Below are positions 26,435 to 35,686 of a stretch of 64,000 nucleotides of DNA, in pieces (position 1 is the first letter of the stretch; each line of letters starts with the position of its first letter). This stretch comes from Thermodesulfovibrio yellowstonii (GTDB taxonomy: Bacteria; Nitrospirota; Thermodesulfovibrionia; Thermodesulfovibrionales; Dissulfurispiraceae). Below the pieces are notes generated by a model. The model had not been told where the DNA came from. It made no database searches and worked only from the letters and a program-made list of their open reading frames with translations. The stretch covers positions 393 through 64,392 of the forward strand of contig DYHD01000002.1 in assembly GCA_020724365.1 (NCBI GenBank), given 5' to 3'. Both the position numbers and the translations under genes were made by a program.

Positions 26435-26575
26435 TGATTTAAAGTGTATTTCCAAAGCCAGCGGTAATTTAACCAAAATATTAATTGCCCCTTTCCCGCG
26501 AAAATGAGAAGTTGGAGCATTAACCCAAATATTTAGCGCCATTATTTGCGTGAATGTTTGGGTTAATATTTTATT

Positions 26576-27460
26576 ATGAAAATGGATAATGAGATAAAAC
26601 CAATACAGGCTGATATAATCATTATTACAGGTCTTTCTGGCGCCGGCAAGACCGTTGCTTTAAGGTCTTTAGAAGATATAGGCTTTTTTTGTGTTGATAA
26701 TCTTCCCATAGGACTTTTGAACACTTTTCTCTCTAACATCCATGCTACATACACTAAGATTGGGGTAGGAATAGATATAAGGGAAGGAGTATATCTCGAT
26801 AATGTTTATAATCTTTTATGTTCACTTAAAGCTAAATATAAGGTAAATATACTTTTTTTTGAGGCAGATGAACAAGTTCTTGTGCGGCGATATAAAGAAA
26901 CGAGGAGGCCCCACCCACTCGTATTTCTTAAGGGACAATTAAGCCTTCAAGACGCTATTAAAGAAGAAAAGGGTTTGCTTTTAAGTATAAGGGATGCTTC
27001 AGATAAGATAATAGATACATCAAATTATTCGCCTCATCAACTAAGAAAATATTTAATGGTTAATTTTGGTGCAGGCGGGGCTGAGAAAGGCTTATCTATT
27101 TTGCTTATATCCTTTGGTTTTAAGTATGGAGTTCCAGAAAATCTCGATTTACTCTTTGATGTAAGATTTATGCCTAATCCATATTTTATTCCTGAACTCA
27201 AAGCCTTGAGCGGATTAGATATTGAAGTCTCTGAGTTTGTATTGAAGCAGCCTGTAACGGTTGAATTTCTTGAGCTTACATATAGCTTTCTTGATTTCTT
27301 ACTCCCTAAATATATTGAGGAAGGTAGAACTTATCTTGTTATAGGATTTGGATGCACTGGAGGCAGGCACCGCTCACCAGTGATTATTGAGGAGATTTGT
27401 AAACATATAAAAAGTATTCATAATATAAAGTCTGAGATAGTGCATAGAGATTTGGGGTAA
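26576..27460 (+). CDS. rapZ: RNase adapter protein RapZ (P-loop NTPase)
   Basis: 'ITGLSGAGKT.AL..LED.G.FCVDNLP' and 'GCTGGRHRS'. Confidence 0.9.
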   Translation: MKMDNEIKPIQADIIIITGLSGAGKTVALRSLEDIGFFCVDNLPIGLLNTFLSNIHATYTKIGVGIDIREGVYLDNVYNLLCSLKAKYKVNILFFEADEQVLVRRYKETRRPHPLVFLKGQLSLQDAIKEEKGLLLSIRDASDKIIDTSNYSPHQLRKYLMVNFGAGGAEKGLSILLISFGFKYGVPENLDLLFDVRFMPNPYFIPELKALSGLDIEVSEFVLKQPVTVEFLELTYSFLDFLLPKYIEEGRTYLVIGFGCTGGRHRSPVIIEEICKHIKSIHNIKSEIVHRDLG

Positions 27461-27681
27461 GTTATTGTTTGAGATTATTTAGAGTCTGGTTGTTTATAGT
27501 TATTTAAATGTTTGTAAGATAATTATTAAATAATGCTATTGAGTTATAAAGTATTGGTGCAAAAAATAATGCAGGATTTAAAACTCAAGATTCAATAGCC
27601 TGTCAATATTTAAAATTGAAGATTTAAGATTAAAGATTTGAAAATCAAGATAATTTAAAATTCAAGGTAAGGAGAAGCCTT

Positions 27682-27885
27682 ATGCCATATGTTAATATAA
27701 AGATAACAAAAGAAGGCGTTACTGCTGATAAAAAAGCTGAGCTTATAAAAGGGGTTACAGAACTTCTGGTAAATGTTCTGGGAAAGAATCCCCAAACCAC
27801 AGTTGTAGTTATTGATGAAGTGGATATGGATAATTGGGGGATAGGCGGAGAGTCTGTATCAGTGCGCCGTAGTAAAGGTCTTTAA
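27682..27885 (+). CDS. 4-oxalocrotonate tautomerase family protein, 67 aa
   Basis: 'MPYVNIKITKEG' (catalytic Pro1 after Met removal), typical length, 'aaggag' RBS. Confidence 0.8.
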   Translation: MPYVNIKITKEGVTADKKAELIKGVTELLVNVLGKNPQTTVVVIDEVDMDNWGIGGESVSVRRSKGL

Positions 27886-27933
27886 AGAATAATTTTATAA
27901 TAAAATCAAATTCGATTAGGAGGTTTTAGATTA

Positions 27934-28707
27934 ATGGCTTATACGATTGCATTTGCTGGTAAGGGCGGGACTGGCAAGACGAGCCTTGCCAGTTTGACAA
28001 TAAAATATCTTTTAAATAAAAGAAGGGGTCCCGTGCTTGCTATTGATGCAGATAGTAACGCATGCCTAAATGAATCTCTTGGGGTTGAAGTCCATACCAC
28101 TATAGGAAAAATAAGAGAAGAATCCCTTGAGGCAGTTAGGGTAACCGGAGACAGACCAGGTGGTATGCCTATGGAGCAGTTATTTGATTATCAGGTTCAA
28201 CAATCGCTCGTAGAAGCTAAAGGCTTTGACCTTTTAGTCATGGGCAGACCAGAAGGACCTGGCTGCTACTGTGCTGCAAATCATATTATTAGGAAATATA
28301 CAGATAAGTTATCAGAAGGCTATCCTTATGTGGTTATTGATAATGAAGCAGGAATGGAACATTTAAGCAGAAGAACCACTAATAAAGTGAATCTGCTTTT
28401 GATTATAAGCGACCCTACCTTTAAGGGTATTTTAGCGGCTAAGAGAATAATGGAATTAATTACGGAATTAAATCTTGAGATTGATAGGAATGCTCTTATT
28501 ATAAATAGATTGCACGGTGCCGAATTAGATGAACTAAGGGAGCTTGCTGAGAATTCAGGGCTAATTTTTGGCGGTACAGTGCCTCAGGATAATTTGATAT
28601 TTAAGTTTGATCTTATAGGCAAACCAGTTTATGAATTGCCGGAGGACTCAGTTTCTGTTCAGGCATTCTGGGGTATTCTTGATTCTATGCAAATTCCGCG
28701 GTTCTGA
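27934..28707 (+). CDS. CooC-type P-loop ATPase (MinD/ParA superfamily nickel-insertion accessory-like)
   Basis: Deviant Walker A 'GKGGTGKTS', 'DADSNA', and the 'GPGCYCAANH' CxC motif typical of CooC. Confidence 0.7.
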   Translation: MAYTIAFAGKGGTGKTSLASLTIKYLLNKRRGPVLAIDADSNACLNESLGVEVHTTIGKIREESLEAVRVTGDRPGGMPMEQLFDYQVQQSLVEAKGFDLLVMGRPEGPGCYCAANHIIRKYTDKLSEGYPYVVIDNEAGMEHLSRRTTNKVNLLLIISDPTFKGILAAKRIMELITELNLEIDRNALIINRLHGAELDELRELAENSGLIFGGTVPQDNLIFKFDLIGKPVYELPEDSVSVQAFWGILDSMQIPRF

Positions 28708-28742
28708 TTCAAATATAATGCATACTCCTTACGCCGTTTCCC

Positions 28743-29384
28743 TTAAAACTTTAATGATAATTCTGGGATAAAATGAACTGAAAAAGCTATAAAATCATCA
28801 GGAGAAGTTGTATTTATAATTTTTAAAGCTTCCTCAGGATCTGTTGATCTACTATTTAAAAGTATTGCAGAGGAATATTTAAGAATCTGCTTTTTCATTA
28901 GATAATCAGCTAATATTGAGGTTTTAAGGAATATTCCTTTTTCCATAACCTTTTTCCCTATTTCATTTATTAATAGATTAAAAAGCTTCAGAAATATAAA
29001 TCCTTTTTTAAGATTTTTTTGCTTAACTTTTTTATAAGTAATATCCTCTCTCATCATTGCATAAGGGCTTCCTTTTCGTAATATTGCACCGACTAATCCC
29101 GGCATAGAAGATGATAGGGCAATCTTTGCATCATGCTCAATGGTTGCTGAAAAAAGGTCGTCTATAGGCATGTTATTAAGAAAGATTGTGTTTATTTTGT
29201 TATTGATAAACTCATCATCAAGGCTTAATTCACTTTTTAAAAACTCATAAAGGCTTTTGCCAATTAGGTGAGTTTCGATATAAACACCTGAAATAAGAAG
29301 TTCTGTAAATACACCAAGCCTATTTGAAGGAAATTCAAGATGTAAAAAATTAGTGTTTTTAGTTTTTTGCTTGTGTATATTCAC
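28743..29384 (-). CDS. Hypothetical protein, 213 aa, Cys-free; last gene of the aor operon
   Basis: ORF only. It starts 30 nt downstream of the ThiF-like gene. No motif recognised. Confidence 0.4.
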   Translation of the reverse strand: MNIHKQKTKNTNFLHLEFPSNRLGVFTELLISGVYIETHLIGKSLYEFLKSELSLDDEFINNKINTIFLNNMPIDDLFSATIEHDAKIALSSSMPGLVGAILRKGSPYAMMREDITYKKVKQKNLKKGFIFLKLFNLLINEIGKKVMEKGIFLKTSILADYLMKKQILKYSSAILLNSRSTDPEEALKIINTTSPDDFIAFSVHFIPELSLKF

Positions 29385-29414
29385 CTGATTAATATTTTAG
29401 AATAAAACTATAAG

Positions 29415-30239
29415 TTAAATATTCCCCGATTCTAATGAAAGTGAAAGAAGATCAACAAAAAATAGTTTATCAAAATCGCCTATATTTCTTTTCAAAAGTA
29501 TTTTAACAGTTTCTGCTACCTGAACTGCAGAAATAACAGCAGGCATAAATGAAGGCGTTCCAATATCATGTTGAATTTCTTTCTTTCCTTGAGCAGAAAG
29601 GAATAATTTTAAGAATTTAATAGAGTTTTCCGCCTGAATACCAACCTGCCCAAACCATCCAGCAATTGCTCCGTGAACAAGGGGTAATCTTAAAATATAA
29701 CATGAGGCAGCAAGTTCTGAGCGAGTCTTGAAGGAATCGAGGGCATCAATTACCACATCAACACCTGAAAATATTTCAGTCCCCGAGTCTATTGAAAAAG
29801 GTTCAATTTTTGGAATAACCCTTGAGGCAGGGTTAATCTTTGGAATCTCTTCGGCTAAGACAATAGCTTTCGGTCTGCCAAGTGTATGTATATTGCAGAA
29901 AAATTGGCGATTTAAATTTTGCTCAACAAAGTAGTCATGGTCAATACAGACCAGCAAACCAATACCAATCCTTGCAAGAAGCTCTGAAACACGTCCGCCA
30001 AGACCTCCGCACCCAACAATGGCAACAGATGAGCGGAGAAGTTTAAGTTGCTCAGAAATAGATAAAATACCCCTATTCCGTTCATATCTCTGAGGCAATA
30101 AGCCTGATTCCATGGCGCATTCTTCAATATCATAGAAAGACAGACCTGTTTCTTTCATGCAATCATAGATATCGCAAAGAGATATTAAGCCATCCTTTGC
30201 TCGCGCTAAAAGAAAAAACATTATTTCTTTTTTATCCAT
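29415..30239 (-). CDS. ThiF/MoeB/HesA-family E1-like adenylyltransferase, 274 aa
   Basis: Nucleotide-binding loop 'VAIVGCGGLGGRVSELLARIGIG.L..ID.D.....NLNRQ'. About 60-aa N-terminal extension. Confidence 0.75.
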   Translation of the reverse strand: MDKKEIMFFLLARAKDGLISLCDIYDCMKETGLSFYDIEECAMESGLLPQRYERNRGILSISEQLKLLRSSVAIVGCGGLGGRVSELLARIGIGLLVCIDHDYFVEQNLNRQFFCNIHTLGRPKAIVLAEEIPKINPASRVIPKIEPFSIDSGTEIFSGVDVVIDALDSFKTRSELAASCYILRLPLVHGAIAGWFGQVGIQAENSIKFLKLFLSAQGKKEIQHDIGTPSFMPAVISAVQVAETVKILLKRNIGDFDKLFFVDLLSLSLESGNI

Positions 30240-30252
30240 TGACCTGAAAATC

Positions 30253-30335
30253 CCCCCTCACCCTGCCCTCTCCGCAAGGGGAGAGAGGAACTATAATCCC
30301 CCCTCCCTTGTGAGGAAGAGTTGGGAGGAGTTATT
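30253..30335. repeat. G/C-rich palindromic intergenic element ('CCTCTCCGCAAGGGGAGAGG' type)
   Basis: Hairpin 'cctctcc-gcaag-gggagagg' (30267-30286), followed by 'cctcccttgtgagg' and 'gggaggag'. Lies between the MoaD-like and ThiF-like genes. Confidence 0.6.
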
Positions 30336-30400
30336 TTCATGCTCCTTTGTAAGCCAGAGGCTTGCGTCGATTCCTATGTTTATGCTCTTTTAATAAAAGC

Positions 30401-30625
30401 TTATCCACCACCGATAGGGGGAAAGATGCTAACTATATCTCCGTCATAAAGAACTTGGTCAAATTCAGCATGGCGTCCATTGACGAATATAATAGCAGCT
30501 TCTTGAGATGTTATTCCTATTTCTTTAAGGGTATCTGAGATGGTAATATTATTTGAGAATTGAATTACCTTTTCATCAAAACGACCTGTTCTTAATGTTG
30601 CAAAAAGCTTAACTGTTATTTTCAT
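30401..30625 (-). CDS. MoaD/ThiS-family ubiquitin-like sulfur-carrier protein, 74 aa, C-terminal GGG
   Basis: Beta-grasp-size ORF ending 'DIVSIFPPIGGG'. Confidence 0.75.
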   Translation of the reverse strand: MKITVKLFATLRTGRFDEKVIQFSNNITISDTLKEIGITSQEAAIIFVNGRHAEFDQVLYDGDIVSIFPPIGGG

Positions 30626-30682
30626 GATTTTTTCAGAAAATGAACGAGAGCCACTTTATGATAGGCTCTCGTATATTCATTT

Positions 30683-32425
30683 TTATGGATTGAATACCTT
30701 ATCCAGATCTTCATCTTTAATATCAAAGACTACCTGATGCGGCAGTAGTTTTTCCTGTGAAAAGAATCGAGGCAGGCGGTCATGTTCTTTAGTAAATCCT
30801 GCACGGCTATTAAAATCCCTTTCCATTGCAAGTATGTTCTTGCCTAATTCAACTACACTATCAGCAGTTAAATTCAGCCCATAGCAAGCATTGAGCAGAT
30901 CTAATAATGCCTGAAATGTCTCTGGTTGATCAAGCACTGCAAAAGCTATAAATAAACACATGCCTGTTGAATCAACCGCTGCAGTTGCGATCTGAAGATT
31001 TCGGGAAAGCTCTATCTGCCCTTCGGATTTAAGGGGGTCAACAAAACCTCCCACCTTAAGAATATTAGTTGCAACAGCATATCCAGCAGTATGGTCAGCT
31101 CCCATCGGAGATGTAGCATAAGTTACCCCAATACCCTTCACAGCTCTGGGGTCATATGCTGGCATTGCCTGTCCTTTGACCACTGGAACTCTCTCAACAC
31201 CGAAAACCTTGCCAGTGATAGCTGCGCCCCCACCTAAAATCCTTCCCAGATAACTGCCTTTGCCTACTTCCTTTACAAGATTTATTGCTGCTTCAGCATC
31301 TCCAAATTTTGCAATCCCTGCATCCATTGCAACTGCGATGGTTGCTCCCATTTCGATTGTATCAACCCCATAATTATCATCCAGATAATCAAGCATTGCT
31401 ATTGCATCCATATCGTCAATTCCGCAATTGCCACCATGTGCCCAAACCGTCTCATATTCAGGCTGTTTAGTCAGGTAGTGCCCATCTTTATCATTATAAA
31501 TGCCTGAGCATCTGATTACACAGCCGCGATGACAGCCATGAGTAGGGTTGCCTCCTCTTTGTTTTTCCAATTCAGCCTCTACTTCACCACTTATCTTTGA
31601 TGCCCCTGCAAAGCTACCTTCCTTGAAATTGTATGTAGGATATCCGCCTGCTTCGCTTAATATATTAGTCAATACATTTGTTCCATAAGCAGGAAGCGCC
31701 TTACCTGTAACAGGATGCTTCATTAAACCATCAACAAAACGCTTATTTGCATCCTTGAATCTTTCTTTATCTTTAGGTGCTCTCATGGACATGCCAGTAT
31801 CATCCAGGATTATTACCTTTACTCCCTTTGAACCCATAACTGCACCAACACCGCCCCTGCCGCAATGCCGAGTGGGACGTAGTTCCATATCTGTGCAGGC
31901 AACAGAGGCAACATTCATCTTCATTTCCCCTGCTGTGCCAATAGAAATGCACGCAATTTTATCACCATATTCATCTCTCATTTTAGCAATAAGTTCATAA
32001 TTGGGAAGCATCTTCAGACTATTATCAGGTGATATTTTTATTCCATTTTTGTTTATATAAATTTTATAGAGAGTATCATCAACTGGTTTACCTTCTAAAA
32101 CAATCGCAGCATACCCAAGTCTTGCAAGAACTTGGGCTGGCTGACCTCCTGCATTTGCTTCTTTAATGCCTCCGGTTAAAGGACTCTTACATCCAACTGA
32201 AATCCTTCCAGACATAGCAGAAGCAGTGCCGCTCAGAAGCCCTGGTGCAATAACAAATTTATTCTCACTGCTCAAAGGATGGCAAAGAGGCGGAACTTCC
32301 TTAGAAACAATAGCGGATGTCATACCTCTCCCACCAAGTCCTGCGTAATCTCCAAGTTCCGTAATAGTTATCTTAGGATTTCCATTAGCTCCCATATCAA
32401 TTCGCAATATTTTATCCATATTCAT
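30683..32425 (-). CDS. aor: Aldehyde:ferredoxin oxidoreductase (tungsten/molybdopterin AOR family), 580 aa
   Basis: N-terminus 'ILRIDMG......E.....GLGGRG......' and 'GCKSPLTGG', the [4Fe-4S] Cys region 'HGCHRGCVIRC', and 'GADHTAGY'. Confidence 0.9.
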   Translation of the reverse strand: MNMDKILRIDMGANGNPKITITELGDYAGLGGRGMTSAIVSKEVPPLCHPLSSENKFVIAPGLLSGTASAMSGRISVGCKSPLTGGIKEANAGGQPAQVLARLGYAAIVLEGKPVDDTLYKIYINKNGIKISPDNSLKMLPNYELIAKMRDEYGDKIACISIGTAGEMKMNVASVACTDMELRPTRHCGRGGVGAVMGSKGVKVIILDDTGMSMRAPKDKERFKDANKRFVDGLMKHPVTGKALPAYGTNVLTNILSEAGGYPTYNFKEGSFAGASKISGEVEAELEKQRGGNPTHGCHRGCVIRCSGIYNDKDGHYLTKQPEYETVWAHGGNCGIDDMDAIAMLDYLDDNYGVDTIEMGATIAVAMDAGIAKFGDAEAAINLVKEVGKGSYLGRILGGGAAITGKVFGVERVPVVKGQAMPAYDPRAVKGIGVTYATSPMGADHTAGYAVATNILKVGGFVDPLKSEGQIELSRNLQIATAAVDSTGMCLFIAFAVLDQPETFQALLDLLNACYGLNLTADSVVELGKNILAMERDFNSRAGFTKEHDRLPRFFSQEKLLPHQVVFDIKDEDLDKVFNP

Positions 32426-32444
32426 CCCTCCTTATATTAATTTG

Positions 32445-32597
32445 CGTATTGTCAAAATTAACCACAGAGAACACAGAGAAAATATTAAATATTAATAAGT
32501 TAAGAGGAATTCTGTTGCATCCCCTCTGTGATCTCTGTGGTGAAATTATGTGGTTTCATATCTTTCTCTCTTTTTTCATAAAACTTTTGACATTACC
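32445..32597 (-). repeat. CACAGAG-hairpin element, copy A (153 bp), abutting the aor RBS
   Basis: Reverse complement of 32445-32531 is identical (87/87) to 56043-56129. Reverse complement of 32549-32597 matches 55875-55923 at 47/49. Internal 18-bp stem ACCACAGAGATCACAGAG / CTCTGTGTTCTCTGTGGT (1 mismatch). Confidence 0.85.
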
Positions 32598-32736
32598 TAT
32601 TAATTTGATTTAAATATCATTCGGTATATAAAATGCTTTAGTCAACCCCGTTAGAAAACTGAATTGGGCTTGACCACCGACCAATTATATTTTTATACCC
32701 CATCATAAATGACAGAGCTTGTTTTCTAACTGGGGC

Positions 32737-32762
32737 AAGGCAGGGAAACATTCCCCTGCCTT
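32737..32762 (-). terminator. Hairpin just downstream of the Fe-ADH stop (weak terminator candidate)
   Basis: 'aaggcaggg-aaacattc-ccctgcctt' is a 9-bp stem, but no clear U-tract follows on the minus strand. Confidence 0.3.
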
Positions 32763-32785
32763 CAAGCCATCTGAGATTATTTGTC

Positions 32786-33952
32786 TTACAAAGCATCTCT
32801 ATAAATTTCAATGACATCTTGCAAAGACGGGCATCTAGGATTTGTAAAACCACAGGCATCCTTTTGTGCATTTTGTGCCATGATTTCGAGGTCTTGTTCC
32901 TTAACACCTAATTCCTTCAAACCTCTTGGTATTCCAATATCAGCAGAAAGGGTCTTGATTGCTTCAAGGGCTTTTTCAGCGGCCTGACGCTTTGATAGTC
33001 CATCTATATTCTCACCCATAGCCTTAGCCATTTCAACAAAACGATCAACTTTGGCAATCATATTGAAACGTTCTACATGGGGCAATAATATGGCATTGCA
33101 TACCCCATGCGGGAGATCATAGAATCCGCCCAACTGATGAGCCATTGCATGAACATGTCCTAAGCTTGCATTATTAAATGCCATACCAGCAAGGTATTCT
33201 GCATATGCCATATTGTCGCGGGCTTTCATGTCCCCACCATTTGCTACGGCTGCCCTGAGGTTTCCAAAGATTAATTCTATAGCCTTAAGTGCGCATGCAT
33301 CAGTTACAGGGGTTGCTATTGTCGAGACATATGCCTCAACTGCATGTGCTAATGCATCCATTCCAGTAGCTGCAGTAAGGGCAGGAGGCATGCCCGCCAT
33401 GAGAAGTGGGTCATTAATAGCCAAGTTTGGTGTTGTTCTCCAGTCAACAATAGCCATTTTAACCTTCCTACTGGTATCTGTAATTATACAAAAACGGGTC
33501 ATCTCGCTGGCTGTTCCAGCAGTGGTATTAACTGCAATAAAAGGCGGCATTGCCTTGGTGGATTTATCAACACCCTCATAATCACGAATATTGCCCCCAT
33601 TAGTCGCCACTATGCCGATTCCTTTTCCACAATCATGTGAGCTGCCACCACCAACTGAGATAATCATGTCGCACTCTTTGTCTTTGAAAATCTTCAACCC
33701 TGCGTGTACATTGTCATCAGTTGGGTTTGGAATAGTCTCATCAAAAACTACACAATCTGTCTTTGCATCTTTCTTGATAATATCTACTAATTTGTCAATA
33801 ATGCCAGCCTTTACAATGCCCTTATCTGTGCAGATAAAAGGCTTTTTACCTCCAAGCACTTTTACCTGTTCACCTATTTGCTTATGCGCTCCGACACCCA
33901 TCAGTGTCACTGTGGGGATATAAAATCCATAAACTTGCTCTGCTACTGCCAT
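32786..33952 (-). CDS. Iron-containing (group III) alcohol dehydrogenase, 388 aa
   Basis: 'VGGGSSHDCGKG' NAD site and metal ligands in 'GMDALAHAVEAY' and 'HVHAMAHQLGGFYDLPHGVCNAILLPHV'. Confidence 0.9.
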   Translation of the reverse strand: MAVAEQVYGFYIPTVTLMGVGAHKQIGEQVKVLGGKKPFICTDKGIVKAGIIDKLVDIIKKDAKTDCVVFDETIPNPTDDNVHAGLKIFKDKECDMIISVGGGSSHDCGKGIGIVATNGGNIRDYEGVDKSTKAMPPFIAVNTTAGTASEMTRFCIITDTSRKVKMAIVDWRTTPNLAINDPLLMAGMPPALTAATGMDALAHAVEAYVSTIATPVTDACALKAIELIFGNLRAAVANGGDMKARDNMAYAEYLAGMAFNNASLGHVHAMAHQLGGFYDLPHGVCNAILLPHVERFNMIAKVDRFVEMAKAMGENIDGLSKRQAAEKALEAIKTLSADIGIPRGLKELGVKEQDLEIMAQNAQKDACGFTNPRCPSLQDVIEIYRDAL

Positions 33953-34079
33953 TTTAAACTCCTTATAAATGTGATTAAGTGAAACTTCACGTCCATGACG
34001 CTATAGTTTCATCTAAATCCTTATTTACTTTTTCAAAAATAATTGAAAAAATGTTGTTCATTCAATTGATTTAATAATA

Positions 34080-34095
34080 AGCAAATAGCAAGCCA
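34080..34095 (-). promoter_or_regulatory. Sigma-54 (-24/-12) promoter upstream of the Fe-ADH gene
   Basis: The minus-strand sequence TGGCTT-GCTAT-TTGCT fits TGGCAC-N5-TTGCW with exact GG/GC spacing. It lies ~130 nt upstream of the ADH start and directly downstream of a sigma-54 activator gene. rpoN is present in the window. Confidence 0.6.
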
Positions 34096-34327
34096 CAATA
34101 GGCATTTGATATAAACATCAATAAAAAGCTTGTATTTTTGAGAGATTATCTTGATGAATACAAAGGGTTTAAGGGTATTTATGCCTACTATGCACATTTT
34201 TCAACTGCATTTTAGGGTTAATGAAATTAAGAGGCAATATAGAGTTAAGTATTTTTTGATTGTGTCATTTTGTTAGGCTTAATATTGAGTGGGTCATAAA
34301 GATACAATTATAAATTATAGTAAAAAA

Positions 34328-35686
34328 CTATGCGAGATTATATTCCTTTAATTTACGATAAAGGGTCTTACGGCTTATTCCCAATATCTCTGCTGCCTGC
34401 GACCTATTTCCCGAGACGGAGTCTAATACATGAATGATATGACGCCTTTCTACAATTTGAATCGGTAAATGCTCAAAGTCTATAGAAATTCCTTTGAACG
34501 AAGATGGCAATTCTTTAACAATTTCTATTGGCAAGCACTGCTCAGTTATTATTCCATCTTCTGCGAGTATGATAGCCCGCTCGATTACATTTCGTAACTC
34601 TCTGATATTTCCGAACCAATGATAATTCAGCAAATGATGCATTACATCTTTAGACAAAATATAGGGGGTTTGAGAACGACTCAGTTGCGATACAAAATGT
34701 TCGACCAGTAAGGGTATATCTTCGAGGCGATCTCTGAGAGGGGGTATATCTATATTGAAGACATTTACACGATGAAAAAGGGCTTCATTAAAGCGTCCAG
34801 ACTTAACCTCTCTTGATAAATCGCGATTTGTGGCGAATAAGAACCTTACATCAGCGAATCTCTCATGTTTTTCTCCGACACGGCGATAGGTGCGATATTC
34901 TAATAACCGCAAAAGTGCAGACTGAGAGTCCATAGGGAGTTCGCCTATCTCATCAAGAAAGAGAGTTCCGAATTGGGCAAGCATTATCAAGCCTTCATGT
35001 GATTGTATAGCGCCTGTAAATGCACCTTTTACATACCCGAAGAGTTCGCTTCTGATGAGTTCTTTTTGAAGAGTCCCACAGTTTTTTATTACTAAGTGTC
35101 TATCCTTTCTTGAACTTTGCGAATGGATCATTTTTGCAATAACCTCTTTCCCTGTCCCGCTTTCTCCTGTTATCAGCACCGGAGCATCAGTAGGAGCTAC
35201 TTTTTGAATCAAATATTTTATTCGCTTAATACTCGGTGATTTGCCAATTAAAATAGGTTGCTTATAGTCAATTTGAGAATGTTTAAGGATACGATTTTCC
35301 CTTTGAAGGCAGACCTTTTGAAATGCTTTGTCAACAACAAGCTCGAGCCTTTCTAAAGAGAAAGGTTTAGTGATATAGTCATATGCCCCTTTCTTCATAG
35401 CTGTAACGGCACTCTCAATATCACCATGACCTGTTATTATAATAATTTCACAATCAGCATTACTTGCGTGAAGCCTTTCCAAAAGCTCAAGTCCATCGCC
35501 ATCAGGCAAGCGAATATCCAAGATAACGATATCGAAGCTATGTTTTTGGAATAGAGCTATTCCTTCTTTTGCTGAGGAAGCCGTCAATATAGTTCTATGA
35601 CTGCCTGACAATTCTTTTTTTGCAAGCAGTCTTATGGATTCTTCGTCATCAACTACCAGGATGAGAATTGGACTATTTGATGTCAT
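34328..35686 (-). CDS. Sigma-54-dependent response regulator (NtrC family)
   Basis: REC '[13 protein letters not shown]...[14 protein letters not shown]', AAA+ 'GESGTGKEV' and 'GAFTGA', C-terminal Fis-type HTH '[19 protein letters not shown]'. Confidence 0.9.
   Translation of the reverse strand: MTSNSPILILVVDDEESIRLLAKKELSGSHRTILTASSAKEGIALFQKHSFDIVILDIRLPDGDGLELLERLHASNADCEIIIITGHGDIESAVTAMKKGAYDYITKPFSLERLELVVDKAFQKVCLQRENRILKHSQIDYKQPILIGKSPSIKRIKYLIQKVAPTDAPVLITGESGTGKEVIAKMIHSQSSRKDRHLVIKNCGTLQKELIRSELFGYVKGAFTGAIQSHEGLIMLAQFGTLFLDEIGELPMDSQSALLRLLEYRTYRRVGEKHERFADVRFLFATNRDLSREVKSGRFNEALFHRVNVFNIDIPPLRDRLEDIPLLVEHFVSQLSRSQTPYILSKDVMHHLLNYHWFGNIRELRNVIERAIILAEDGIITEQCLPIEIVKELPSSFKGISIDFEHLPIQIVERRHIIHVLDSVSGNRSQAAEILGISRKTLYRKLKEYNLA

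Noticed and set aside
26520-26566. The hairpin TTAACCCAAA-N27-TTTGGGTTAA just before rapZ as a regulatory RNA or missing ptsN/hprK remnant.
   Set aside because: It is only a 10-bp inverted repeat with no recognisable conserved RNA motif, and probably belongs to the TAACCCAAA repeat family. It is noted but not worth a separate finding.
32638-32907. 89-aa minus-strand ORF overlapping the 3' end of the Fe-ADH gene.
   Set aside because: It lies out of frame within the ADH gene and extends over its terminator-like hairpin. It shows no coding signal.
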